Positions 40,187 to 51,240 are shown, counted from the stretch's first letter. The stretch: 64,000 bases of DNA from Hyaloraphidium curvatum SAG 235-1 (GCA_025558095.1 JAIVFI010000025.1:558001-622000), one strand, 5' to 3'. Numbers and translations: made by a program. The notes: generated by a model from the sequence alone, not told the origin.

Positions 40187-43089
40187 AGCCGGAAGCGTAC
40201 AAGTAAGCGGAAAAAGTTGTTGAGAATGTGGTTGGCAAGCAGCGCGGGAGAGGCAGTCAGGAAAGCCGACAGGCCGTCCTGCGCCTGGACGAGCCGCTTG
40301 CGGCGCTCCAGACCAGCGGAAGTGTCGGGTTGCAAGGCAATCAGAGCCGCGAGGCGGCGCTGGTCCTCGAGACGCGTAAGGTCGCTCTGCAGGCCGTGCC
40401 AGACCGGCTGAGCGAAGAAACTGGCGTCCGCAGGGAGCGTACGGCGGGCGGGCGCGGCGCCCACCGGTTGCCCAGCACGCGCAGCCTCGGCGTACGCTGC
40501 GGCCGTGTCATCCTCGACACGCTCAAAGGCGGGGCGGAGGGCCTCGATGACGGGAACCAGTTCCCGCACGTGCTCCACGCCCACACCCCGGGCCGAGGTT
40601 CGAAGACCAAGCATGGCGTCCAAAAAAAACGAGAAGAGCTGGGTCACACAGAGACGGAGGAGGGAGTACAGGCCCTGGAGGGAGGGGATGTCGGCCGGCA
40701 TGGCGTAGCCGAGCGCAGCGCGCTCGATTTCATCGAGAAGAGCGGCAATGGAGTCGATCTTGGCCGCGAGGAACGACTCCACATAGGCAGGGGTGCCGAC
40801 CGGGGCACCTACCACCTTGAGGCCGCACGAGCAAGCGAAGTCAGGCGAGCCCGGGGCCGACGCCGTGGCATGCACCTCGGGGTCGGCCTCGTGAGGCGGG
40901 AAGCCAGCGACGCGGATGTTGTGGGCCGCACCGGCCGCACGCACCCGCTCCAGCACGGCCGGGTTCGTCGAGAGCGAAAGCAGGTAGCTCTTGTCCGGGC
41001 GGTGGGTCATGCCGAGGGAAGCAAGGCCGTCACGCACCTCTCCCAGGACGGCCATGACCGAGTCCAGCGGCCCGACCACGGTGAGGTCGTCGAGGTACCC
41101 AAGGATGAGGCAGTCGGGGTGCCCAGAGCGGATGGGCCGCAGCATGCGGCTCATGGCGCAGGAGAAGATGGCAGACGACAGCGGGTCGCCCTGGATGTTG
41201 CCCTCGTACATGGTGATCCGGAAAAGGAGCTCCGCCGAGCGCCGGTCGCGGAAGTAGGCGTGGGAAGGGCGCGAGTAAACGAGGTTGTAGTACGGGATAA
41301 GCTGAGGCACCTGGCGGACCACCTCGCGCGCGAAGAGGCGGCGCAGCGTATTGAAGGCGTTCCTAGAGTCGACCTTCATGACGACGTGGTCGGGGAAGGC
41401 CGCCAGCCACGCGTTCACCGCGTGGGCGGTCGCCTCCGCGCCCCCGTCCACCCCGTGACCCAGGTCCTCCTGCTGTTGGAGCTTCCTCAGAAGAGCCTTG
41501 TGCCGCACGGCCAGGTACGAGCCCGCGAGCCGCGTGATGCCCTCCATAATGCCAATCGGCCGGAGCCCCCCCTCCGGCTTGAGCAGAGGGACGAGGATTT
41601 GATCCGTGAGGAGCGGCCGGAGCATGGGGGTGTCGAGTCGGCCAGTGCACACGCCGTGCACCATGGCCGCCAGCGGGCGGAGCTTCCGCCGCGTCGCGTC
41701 GTTCTCGCAGTTGTGCACGATGAAAAGTTTGGCCATGCTGAAACCCGACATGCCGGCCCCCACGCCGTCCTTCTTCCGGCGCAACCGGGCCCAGATGTCC
41801 TCCAGGAAAGCCGCGTCCGTGTAGGCAGGGCAGGGCACGGGCGCGTTGGGGGGCAGAGACAGCCGACACAGCGGCTCTCCCTCCCGCGGCCCCGGGTACA
41901 GCTCCTCCAGTTCCGCCTGCAGCGTGGGCGTGAAGCCAGCCGGAACGGCCTCCCCCGAGAGGGCCGCGGACGCAGCACCAGGAGCGCCCTTCAAGGCGGC
42001 AAGCACGATGGCCTTGAAGAGCTGGTAGTTGAGCGGCCGCAGCCCGTCCCGCCGCGCGCCCCGGTTGACCTGACGGGCGGCGAAGTAGTTCTGCTCGTAC
42101 ATGTAGTCCCCCGACATGACGTAGCCGCCAAACGCAAGGTAGGCGGTGAGAGTGCGGTGCAGGTCGGTTTCCGGTGCCGCCGGGTCCTCGTAGGCCCGTT
42201 GGAAAGACTCGCTGGCCCGGAAGGCGAGCGTGCTCCAGGTGGTGGTCCGGTAGCGGTGCTTCAGCGGCTCCGGCGGCGGCGCCCCCGCGCCCCCGCCCGG
42301 CGGCGGATCAGGCCCGGGACCCCCGGGTGGACCACCGTCGCCCGGGTCGCCCGGATCACCGCCGTGGCCGTGCCCGCCAGCCGCGGCGTTGCCGCCCGGC
42401 GCGCCGTCGCCGCCTGGGGGATCACCGCCGTCCTGGGCGGCACGCGCCGCTGCCGCCGCCGCCGCCAGCGCCGCCAGCGCCGCCCGTTGCGCCTGGCCGT
42501 CCTGCGGGGCGTCGGCCGCAACCCGGGCGGCCGCAAGGGCCGCCATCAGCGCGGGCGCGGGTGGCGAAGCACGGGGAGATGCCGACGATGCCGCCGGTGA
42601 CGCCGGTCCCTCCGCGCGTCCCGTGGCAGCCGCCCGCTCGGCACGCACGCGGTCGAGGAACTCGACGAGATCGGGTGGAAGCGAAGCTAAAGAGACGCCG
42701 AGTGGCGGGTTAGCTGCGTCCGGGTTGCACGAGGTGTGCTGTCCAGAAACACCGGCACCAGAGGCGTTTGCGGCGTAGGGACGCCGGCAACCCCCGCACC
42801 GCGCTAGCCCCATGGCACGCAACGCATCGGCAGACAGGCGCTGCATCGCCAACCAGTGCTCCGGGCTCCGTGTGACCCGAAGATGACCGTCCCGTTTGTT
42901 TTTGTTTGGAGTTGGCTGGAAGCGGCAACCATCAACCGGGCACGCATGGAGGCCGGGTTCAGCAGGCGCCTCCGCCATCGGCACATCGCCGTCGATGCAA
43001 GATTGGTGATGATGAGATAGAGCTCCGATGGTGGCAAAAGCTGCCGCGCAGCGGTGGCAGCTGTAAGGCAGGAGTGGCGTGCGGCTCAT
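40102..43089 (-). CDS. Retrotransposon ORF: three zinc-finger motifs plus reverse transcriptase
   Basis: CHRC..H..C; CPVDGC..H..H; CGGC..H..C; LKPEGGLRPIGIMEGITRL, GGAE, DSRNAFN, QGDPLS, YLDD, VVGAPVG. Confidence 0.92.
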   Translation of the reverse strand: MSRTPLLPYSCHRCAAAFATIGALSHHHQSCIDGDVPMAEAPAEPGLHACPVDGCRFQPTPNKNKRDGHLRVTRSPEHWLAMQRLSADALRAMGLARCGGCRRPYAANASGAGVSGQHTSCNPDAANPPLGVSLASLPPDLVEFLDRVRAERAAATGRAEGPASPAASSASPRASPPAPALMAALAAARVAADAPQDGQAQRAALAALAAAAAAARAAQDGGDPPGGDGAPGGNAAAGGHGHGGDPGDPGDGGPPGGPGPDPPPGGGAGAPPPEPLKHRYRTTTWSTLAFRASESFQRAYEDPAAPETDLHRTLTAYLAFGGYVMSGDYMYEQNYFAARQVNRGARRDGLRPLNYQLFKAIVLAALKGAPGAASAALSGEAVPAGFTPTLQAELEELYPGPREGEPLCRLSLPPNAPVPCPAYTDAAFLEDIWARLRRKKDGVGAGMSGFSMAKLFIVHNCENDATRRKLRPLAAMVHGVCTGRLDTPMLRPLLTDQILVPLLKPEGGLRPIGIMEGITRLAGSYLAVRHKALLRKLQQQEDLGHGVDGGAEATAHAVNAWLAAFPDHVVMKVDSRNAFNTLRRLFAREVVRQVPQLIPYYNLVYSRPSHAYFRDRRSAELLFRITMYEGNIQGDPLSSAIFSCAMSRMLRPIRSGHPDCLILGYLDDLTVVGPLDSVMAVLGEVRDGLASLGMTHRPDKSYLLSLSTNPAVLERVRAAGAAHNIRVAGFPPHEADPEVHATASAPGSPDFACSCGLKVVGAPVGTPAYVESFLAAKIDSIAALLDEIERAALGYAMPADIPSLQGLYSLLRLCVTQLFSFFLDAMLGLRTSARGVGVEHVRELVPVIEALRPAFERVEDDTAAAYAEAARAGQPVGAAPARRTLPADASFFAQPVWHGLQSDLTRLEDQRRLAALIALQPDTSAGLERRKRLVQAQDGLSAFLTASPALLANHILNNFFRLLVRFRLCLPLLHEADYPGLSFPAGGAASDRPCR

Positions 43090-43468
43090 GGCGAATACGG
43101 TGGCGGCGGCGATGCCGGTGTCCCGCCGCCAGGATCAGCTACCGCGGACGGTGCCTTGTCCGACGAGATCTCCCAATCGTCGAGCGCATGTGTCCGCATC
43201 CAAACCTCCTGTGACTCGGTCAGGTCGCCCCCCGCCCTGTGCCAGGCCGCAAGCGCCGACCACGCGTCACCGATAGCATCACGGCCGCCGTCATCGAGGA
43301 GCTCGGAAGATGGCCCGATCTAAGCAACAGAGGGGCCAGGCATCGCAATCAGGCAAACTGGAACCATTTTCATCTATCCGCTATGACGGGACGCCACGAA
43401 CCCAACAACTGTCCCGAGTCCGACCCCCACAATACACTGCCAAGGTCGTTCGCGCACCTGACCACATG

Positions 43469-45130
43469 CTAGATGGGAGGCTGATCGACCACGACGGCCA
43501 GATCTGCCTCCCCAATCACGACGTACGGGTTCGTATCCCACTTGAAAGTGTCCGAAGGGCTCGGATCCCAGTTGCGGGCGACGCCGGTGGCGGTCACATG
43601 CGCCCCGACCAGGTTCTCCTTTGCCGACAGCCCGAGCCGCGCCAGGGTCGCCGCGAACGCCGCGTCGCTCTCGAACAGGATGATGCTCTGGGTCATGTTG
43701 AGCTGCACCAGCCCGGCGGCGAGGACCGCGGCCTGTACCGTGCCCTCGACCGACACGAGCTGGTTCTCCCAGTTGGCCAGGATCGCGTCGTTGGGGTCCC
43801 CGAGCGAGGCAGCGACGGGCGGCGGCGGGCGCACGAATGCAGGCACCGAGAAGGCGGCGAACGAGTCCAGGTAGACGCGGTAGAAGAAGACGCACGAGGG
43901 GGAGCAGACGGATTGCTGGTCAACCAGACCGGCAAAGGTGATAGAATACCCGCCCAGCCCGATCTTCAGGAAGCTCGGGAGATCGAGGCCCCAGACCAGC
44001 CGCAGCTTGTTCCACGTCGATGTGTCCGGGATCACCGCATAGAGGTGCCCGTTCGCATCGGGCCATTCCATCTCGAAGACGCCGTCGGGGATGTAGTCCC
44101 TCACCGAGCCGGAAAAGCTGATCCGCTGCCCCACCCGTGACCATACCGACGACGGGTCCTGGATGTCCACAGGAACGGGGGTGGAGGTCGCCGTCGTCGC
44201 CGTGCGGCTTCTCGTGCTGCTGGTTTGCGAGCAAGAGGTGGTGACCGCGGTCGCCGTGCGGGATCTGGTGCTGCTGGTCCGCGAGAGCGAGGTCGTGGTG
44301 GCGGTGGTTGCCGTCAGCGATGCCGTCGCGCTGGTCTGCGGCTCGCGGTGCGTGAGGGGCTCCGCGGTGCTGGTTTGCGGCTTCGCGGTGCTGGTTTGCG
44401 GCTCGGCGGTGCGAGAGGCCGTGCTGCTGGCCGCTTGGGGCGGGGAGCTTGATGCAGGGGGCGGGCTTCCCGGGGCGACCGCGGTGAAGAACATGCCCGT
44501 CGGCGTCGCTCTGTACCACACTTGGTACCTCCGTCCAACGACGAATGTCCTTGCAAAGGTGACGGTCCAAACCGCGCCAGCTTTCGATCCACCCCGCCAC
44601 GCGGGTCCCGCGCGCCCGGCAGCGTCCCTGAGCGCAATGTCCGACACCGGGCGCGTGCTCGATCGAGAAAGGGCGAGCCTGAGCGTGCCATTGGCCGGCA
44701 GGTAGGCGACCGACCTGATGTGATCCGTGAAAATGTCGTTGCCCAGCGACGATGTCGGCGCGACGTTGGAGTAGCGAGGCAGCAGCGGGCTCCGCACGCT
44801 TAGCTTGAAGCGAACGGCGCTACTCTTCGCGGAAACCGTGCGGTCGTCGAAATCCGCGCCCCTGACGAACGTGTCGAGGTCCGACAGAACATAGAAACCG
44901 CTCGATCCCCGTGCCGCTCGGATGAGGTTGCGGTATGCGGCGCCGCCGGTGTTGCGGAGCGAGACGAGGCGGGTCTGGGGGTAGAATCTCGGGTTGCTGC
45001 CGCCGATGTAGAGTCCGTGGGGCTCGGCGGACGCGGCGGCGAACGCGGCGGCGAGCAAAATCAGCGGGAGCAGAAGGGTAGCCCCGGCCAGCCGCGCGGG
45101 AGCCGCTCGGGGCACCGCACAGCCCAGCAT
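43469..45130 (-). CDS. Secreted modular protein with Ser/Thr-rich repetitive linker and two OB-fold-like C-terminal repeats
   Basis: Signal peptide; TA(E/K)PQTS 21-bp tandem repeats; TSSTRSRTAT x2; RVGQRISFSGSV and WENQLVSVEGTV repeats. Confidence 0.65.
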   Translation of the reverse strand: MLGCAVPRAAPARLAGATLLLPLILLAAAFAAASAEPHGLYIGGSNPRFYPQTRLVSLRNTGGAAYRNLIRAARGSSGFYVLSDLDTFVRGADFDDRTVSAKSSAVRFKLSVRSPLLPRYSNVAPTSSLGNDIFTDHIRSVAYLPANGTLRLALSRSSTRPVSDIALRDAAGRAGPAWRGGSKAGAVWTVTFARTFVVGRRYQVWYRATPTGMFFTAVAPGSPPPASSSPPQAASSTASRTAEPQTSTAKPQTSTAEPLTHREPQTSATASLTATTATTTSLSRTSSTRSRTATAVTTSCSQTSSTRSRTATTATSTPVPVDIQDPSSVWSRVGQRISFSGSVRDYIPDGVFEMEWPDANGHLYAVIPDTSTWNKLRLVWGLDLPSFLKIGLGGYSITFAGLVDQQSVCSPSCVFFYRVYLDSFAAFSVPAFVRPPPPVAASLGDPNDAILANWENQLVSVEGTVQAAVLAAGLVQLNMTQSIILFESDAAFAATLARLGLSAKENLVGAHVTATGVARNWDPSPSDTFKWDTNPYVVIGEADLAVVVDQPPI

Positions 45131-45802
45131 TCCCGGGAACGGTCAAGGGAGAGGTCTCTTGGGCCCCCGCGGACCGTGTCCTGCGCCCGCAGACATGGGG
45201 TTGGTGTCGTGGGAGATTCCCGCCCCGGCGTGCTGTCGTCGCCGGCCAAGTGCCGTGGGAAAATGCCGAGGATAATCGAAGGATGGTGGGAAATCCGTGG
45301 GTCCGGCAGGATTATCCGAGCGGCAGCACCCCCCGAGGCCAACCGAACGACCCATTCTTAGATTAACCGAAAAGCGCGGAAGCATGGATTTGGGCCGGAT
45401 TGGAAAGACAGCGTGGAGCTCTAGCCCGTGCGGACTTGCGGGCATCGCCGTTCAATCCCCCGAATAGATGCACGTCCCCACAGCTGGAGCGTGTGACACC
45501 CCAACGGAAGCACCAAACGGAAGAGAAATCTGCGATGTATCCTATCTTCATCTACAGCAATCAATCACCATCCATCGAGATGGCGGCATGGGCTCTTTTT
45601 CCCGGCCGGCTCGCGACCAGCCGACGTCGACGTGGCGGTCGCGGTGCTTCGAATCCGGAGATCCGACGCAAAGCGCCATCGGACGTCATGCCGCAAAGAT
45701 CATTTTCCTCTCTCAAATGGCCTGAAGTCCCCAGCGATTGCCATTCTGTCCCAAAGTCAGCGGACCCCCTCGGAGGCTTCTCATGGTGTCCCTGCGGCCC
45801 GC

Positions 45803-46186
45803 CTAGCCGCACGCAGCTCCAGTCCCCGTTCCCTCCAGCAACCTCAGCAGCCCCCGCAGCGCGTTGGCCTCCTCCAGCTCGCGTGCCGCGGGGGCCTGGC
45901 CGAGGAACTCGAGCGCCCCCACGAACGCCCCCATCCGCGCGTGCACGCTCTCTCGAAGGTCGGGCCGGAGCACCGTCAGCGCGAGACCGAGCAGCGCGAA
46001 GATGGTCCCGAGATCGTTGCCGTAGTGGGCGGCGAGGATTCCGAGTGCGCGGGCGGCAGCTTCCTCGTCGTCCGGCATCTCGTTCCCTTCCGCGGACTCG
46101 TCGTCGTCCGCGGGCTCGTCCTCGTCGTCCGCGGGCTCTCCCGCGGGCAGTTCGTCCGGAAAGGGGTCGTCCGCGTGTTCCGGCAT
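45803..46186 (-). CDS. Small acidic helical hypothetical protein
   Basis: MPEHADDPF..EPADDE repeats followed by amphipathic helices. Confidence 0.45.
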   Translation of the reverse strand: MPEHADDPFPDELPAGEPADDEDEPADDDESAEGNEMPDDEEAAARALGILAAHYGNDLGTIFALLGLALTVLRPDLRESVHARMGAFVGALEFLGQAPAARELEEANALRGLLRLLEGTGTGAACG

Positions 46187-46597
46187 GGTGATGACGTGCG
46201 CTTGGAAGTTTCTGGCAGCGCGGATAAAGATGTGATGGCGGGAAGCGCGACCTTCGCGGAAACGAAGACTCGACATGACCGCGCAAAACCGGAACCCGTA
46301 CCCGGCGATCTCGCGCCGCAAAGGCCATCGGGCAGAATATCATATCGTTCGCTCACCCTTGGAGACGGATCCATAGCTGTGTCCTGGGCCGCCGGACCGG
46401 ACCGTGCGGTGCCAAATCCCGTGGGAGGAATACTTGCAGGAGCCATTTCTTGCCCAAGCCGTCCTCTTTTTGGTCCGTGCTGGCTTCTGAGCCTTACATA
46501 CAGGTGCCGTCGTCTCGCCTCCGCCGTCCTTCCTGCAAGGGTCGTCAAGCCCCATCCATCCCCGCCCGGCGGCGCAAACCACCCACCTCCCGGCCCA

Positions 46598-46905
46598 TCA
46601 CTGCTTCGCCTTGAGCTTGGCCACCAGCTCCACGTACTCCTTGGCCGCGTCCTCCTTGCTCACCCCCTTCTTCGCGTTCCACGCGTCCCACTTGGCCTTC
46701 CCCTTGAAGTCCGTGAACCCCGGCCGCGTGGTGTTGCAGTCGCCCTCGGTGGCCTGCTTGAACAGGGCGTAGAGGGCGAGCAGCTCGTCGTTGGAGAGGC
46801 CCTGCGGGTTCCGTCGGCGTGAGCGCGGCGCGCGCGGGGTGGGGGAGGGGGGCACACCGTCAGGCTCTTGGACTCCGCGGCGGCCTTTTCAAAGTCGGTC
46901 GACAT
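46598..46905 (-). CDS. ACB1: Acyl-CoA-binding protein
   Basis: MSTDFEKAA | [19 protein letters not shown]....[13 protein letters not shown]; one intron. Confidence 0.95.
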
Positions 46906-47188
46906 GGCGCCGGCGTTTGTTCCTCTTCGGGACGGCGGGGAGACGTTCGACGTGTGTTCGGTCCTTCGCGCACGGGACCCTGATCGCGGACCCCACACTC
47001 TACATTCCCGGCGAACCATCCGATCGCGGACCGGACAGACGGCCTTCCCAAACTTCTTATTGGCGCAGGGTAGCCCGCACAGCATCCCTCGGACCGCGAC
47101 CCGGCTATAACCCCCGCCCTTCCTTCCCTCGACCCATTTCCTCCCCTCCCTCGGGCCCCCCCGATCCGGGGCCCCATCCGGGCCCAGA

Positions 47189-49055
47189 TCAGGCCCAGAT
47201 CCCGATCACCGCCATGATCGACACAGCCGCCCACAGGGCGAGGAACGAGAGCGCCTTGCGCTGCCACGACAGGCGCATGAAGACGGACGAGTTGGTCATG
47301 TTGGCCGCCAGGAGGTTGACGCAGGCGTCGTAAATGAGGATGCCGGCGGCGATCGAGTCTGGCGTGCGGAGCGGCGGTCAGCGGATGGATGCGGAGCAAG
47401 GCGGGATGGGAGGGGACGCACCGATGATGCCGAGGGTCAGCAGGGTGGTCTCGGAGTTGGGGACAAAGGTCGAGTGGATGCCGATGCCGGTGGCGATGCC
47501 CAGGGGCGTGGTCAGGGTGTAGAAGACGACCATGAAGATGGGCTGGACTGTGATCGGAAGAAGCGTTAGCATGATGGCGGTGGGGAAGGCACGGGGAAGA
47601 CGCACAGTTGGTCTTGAAGCCGGCGTCGAGGACCGTGGCGGAGAGGGCCATGCCTTCAAAGAACTGCCCGGACGAAATCAGCCACTGCAGAAAACATCGC
47701 ACCAACGCACAGAAAACCCACCTGGTGGAACGCCAGCGCGATCATGAGCGCCGTCAGCTCAGACCCCGACGACACGCCGGCCGCCAGGCCGATGATGAAC
47801 GAGTGCGTGGCGATCCCGACCTCGAGCACGTACACCGTGATCTGGCGCCTCTGCCTGTGCGCCAGCAGCAGGTGGTGCGTGTGCTCGGCCTCGTCCAGTT
47901 CCGCGAGGTCGCCCGCCGAGTGGCCGTGGTCGTGCGCGTGCCCGGCGATGGTGGCGTGCGAGGTGAGGTCCTTCTCGGCGTCGGTGCGGGTGTCGAGGAT
48001 CACACTGCCGCTGTCCTCGGCGGCGGCCTTGTCGGGAAGGATGGACATTTCGGGCGCAATTACGGCTGCGGCGGCGGGGGCGTGCGTGTGGGTCGGGTCG
48101 AAGGCCTTTAGGTACGAGACCGCCATGGTCTGGATGAACTGGGTGAAGAGGACGGCGATCATGGCAAAGGCGCCCGCCCAGGAGGAGTACTCGAGCCAGA
48201 AGTCGGAGAGGCAGACGTTGGTGAGGTTGGAGAAGGCGGGCGCGAACATGTGGATAAAACTGGGGGCGGGCCGGGCCAATTCCGGGAAAAACAAGGAGAT
48301 CACGAAGGAGAGATGCAGGACGGTTAGCTCCAATGAAATCCGGCGGCCCGTTTGCCACCCACCCAGTCGCCAGGATGATACCCGCGCCGAAGTGCTTGAA
48401 GATTGAAAACACGAAGTCCGACGCCCGGAGAGCCTTGAACCGCTTCGCCAGGATCGGGATAAGGCATCCGATCAGAGAGACACCGATCTTTGGGGCGGAT
48501 GAGGGCGATGCGGGAGGGGAATGGAAGGGGAGGGACCATGAGTGAGCGTTGCGCAACGGGGCGAACAAGACCGGGAGACGCCCAGGACGACCCCTCCCGC
48601 CATCAGAATATTCAAATTACCTGAATGAAGACGCCGGCGATGTGCAGGTTAAGGTTGTAGTCGTCCTCGCTCGTCTCGGAGCAGTGAGCGGCGAGTGCGG
48701 CGGTGTCCTCCTCGCAGTGCTCCGTGCCGTCGTCCTCGATCTCGCACTTGATGAAGCCGGGCCTGAGCTCGCCGCCGGCGCCGTGGGCGTGCACGCCGGG
48801 CAGGGCGCACAGGGCGCAGGCGGCCACGCCGAGGCAGAGGCACACGGCGAGCAGCGTCTTGTTGACGGGCGCCCTTCGGGGCCTGCCGGCCGCCCTGGCG
48901 ACATCCTTGTGCTCCTTGTGGCCGGCGTGCGGCGTGCGCCCCGCCCGGTGCCGCGGCGGCTCCTCCGGGGCGCAGCGCGGGTCGTCGCAGCAAATGGTGT
49001 CCTCGCAGCAGGCGTCGGCGCAGACCGCCCGGCGGCGGGTCGCGGTGCGCGGCAT
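47189..49055 (-). CDS. ZIP-family zinc/iron transporter (Zrt1-like, multi-exon)
   Basis: YNLNLHIAGVF, KHFGAGIILAT, His-rich loop, LEVGIATHSFIIG, FHQ.FEG.AL, ends AVIGIWA-stop. Confidence 0.92.
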
Positions 49056-49989
49056 CGCTGTCTCCTTAATGTGGTGAAGCGGGATGGCGGGCGGCGGCGG
49101 GCGCGGGCGTGGGCGCGGGGCCGGGGCGGGCGTGGCCGGCAAAGTGGGATTGCGGCGGGGCGCCCCCGGCCGGTGCCGAACAACCCAAACGCAAAGGCAG
49201 AAGGCCCGGCATCGATGCGCGCGCAGATCGCGGCATCCGATCCCGCAGACAGCCGCATCACATCGACGTAGATCACTTTGGATGTGCCGAGGCGGCGGGG
49301 TGGCTCCCGGGCACCTGGGCGTGCGTGGCCGGCCGACGCCGATACGCCGATCCCACGGGTCTTGGACCCGCGAACTCAATAGCGGGTCCACCGAATCCGC
49401 CGCGCCGCCGGGCCGCCGGCCAACCTCGTTCTCTCCTATTACTTCCGTGGACGAGAATAGTATCTCGGAGGGAATCGGACCCGTGCCAAGGGGTCACGCC
49501 CTTCGTGCCGATGCCGCGCAAGCGGCATCCCACCCGGCCACCTGATCGGCCGCGGTTCCTCGCCCTGCCGAGCACTTCCTGGACCTCTCGGAGGCATTTC
49601 TAGAACATCACTGCATCGGCTATTCACCGCGGACTCGGGACCTCGGCCGCAAGCCTCCGCGGTGTTGCGCCGCGCGGCCGCCCTGCGCACGGCCGGAGCG
49701 GAAGGCACTCCGCGAAGGCCTGAAATAGGCAGCACCGCGGCGCAACGGGCGCGATTTGATGGCATATAGAGTTCATTCGATTCGTTTTTTGTGTACTATG
49801 GGGCCCGGAGAGCCGGGCAAGCCCACCTTCTCGGCGAGCCAATGGCGTCCCAGGAGCGTCCGTCCTCTCCTCCGAAATCTCACGCAGCAGCATTCCGTAG
49901 ACCGACACTGGACGCCGGCACTGTCGGAAAGATCCGGAGGGTTCGAGTAGCGACCTTCTCCAAACCTGCCGCAGTCACCGGCGTCCCGC

Positions 49990-51240
49990 CCGCTTTCCGT
50001 CCGCATCTGTCCTCATCCACTGTCCCGTCCGAGATCTCGATGCTGGGCTAGACAGCGGAGGTTGGAATCTGCGAGGGAGCCATCCCGCGCCGGGCTCCGC
50101 CGAGCAGACCGGCATTCAACGCCGCGGAAGGGATCACCATTCAGCGGGATGCCGGCCGAGAAGAGTTCCCGGGCGGCGCGAGCAAAATCTTCCTGCGCCG
50201 CCATGCTCGCGAGGCCGGCATCCGCGTACGGTGGTCCGTCCGTTCGAACAAAAGCTCGGAAGCGGGACTTCACTGGGCTGTCAGCAGGTTGCCGCGGAAT
50301 CCGGCCTCGGCGGCAAGCCTGATACCCTCCGATCCCGCATCCGCGCGGTCCCGCGAACGACCCCGTGCAGAACAAGCACGTATGCCGGCACGTGCGGGTC
50401 TGCAATACGTCGCGCTTGCCAGCAGATTGCCGCTGGCGGGCACCGCAGGGCGCCCGCGCAGAAGTCCTGTGGAGTGGTGTCCCGTCCCATCGGCAGCCTC
50501 CTTGAGACCACGTTGTCCGTGTGCGCCGTCAAAGAAAAGGTGCAGGGCTCCTACCAGCTCCATTTGCGCCGACCACGAATATATCGGCGCCGCGAAACCC
50601 GAAGTCCAGCATCCGAAGGAGGCTTCTGCCTGTTTGCCACCAGGGTGCCCGGTCCGCCCTGATGCCGAACTTTCGCGTCGCAGAAGCGTCGGGCAGGATT
50701 CCGGCGCTGGGCGACGCAGACCAAGATCGGCATCCGGGTCCGTCCGAGTTGTGCGCTAGGGAATGGTGCGGATGCGCTACCGGAGAACTGTTCTGACGAA
50801 GGGCTCCCCACGCGTCAGAAGACACCCGTTGTTACCGCATCCGCGCGATCCAAAGAGTCCGATCCAGATTCTCGTGCGCGGGAAGTCCGCTTGGAGCCAC
50901 GCGACGCCGGTGCCAAAAGGGACGAGCCTGTGTGGGCACCGCACAGGCGCCCGCGCCTATCTCCATGCACCGGCGTCCCGTTCGATCGGCCGTGCCCTCG
51001 AGTACACAACCGGACCAATGTACAGTATCACCTCAGGTGCCAAACAGATTGGTGCACACCATTCAGATGAGTTTCGGAGAGCTGGAGAGAGATCGAGATC
51101 CGCCCTGATGCCGATCCTCCTGCGGATGAGCAGCGACTGGCACCATTCCCGGCGCCGGTCATCGCACCCCGAGATAGGCACCTGGTCAGTCCGAACTGCC
51201 GGCGCGTGCAGGAACTTCTGATGCGGATCTATGCGCGCCA
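49990..51240 (+). pseudogene. Diverged tandem duplication, probably a decayed leucine-rich-repeat gene
   Basis: 50652-50790 aligns with 51098-51240 (about 446-bp offset); scattered VPSEISML, PIGSL, PSELCA and SIGRAL fragments resemble IPxxIGxL LRR cores. Confidence 0.4.

Larger units (their letters stand above)
39360..43320 (-). mobile_element. CRE-clade (Cnl1/MoTeR-like) non-LTR retrotransposon with restriction-like endonuclease; probably 5'-truncated and frameshifted
   Basis: N-terminal zinc fingers, RT, CCHC knuckle and PD..D/ExK nuclease in that order; intronless; ends approximate, no TSD found. Confidence 0.85.

Noticed and set aside
39340-43345. Target-site duplication or telomeric repeats around the retrotransposon
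   Set aside because: Only weak similarity (GGCCCCTC on both sides, at inconsistent offsets); no TTAGGG tracts.
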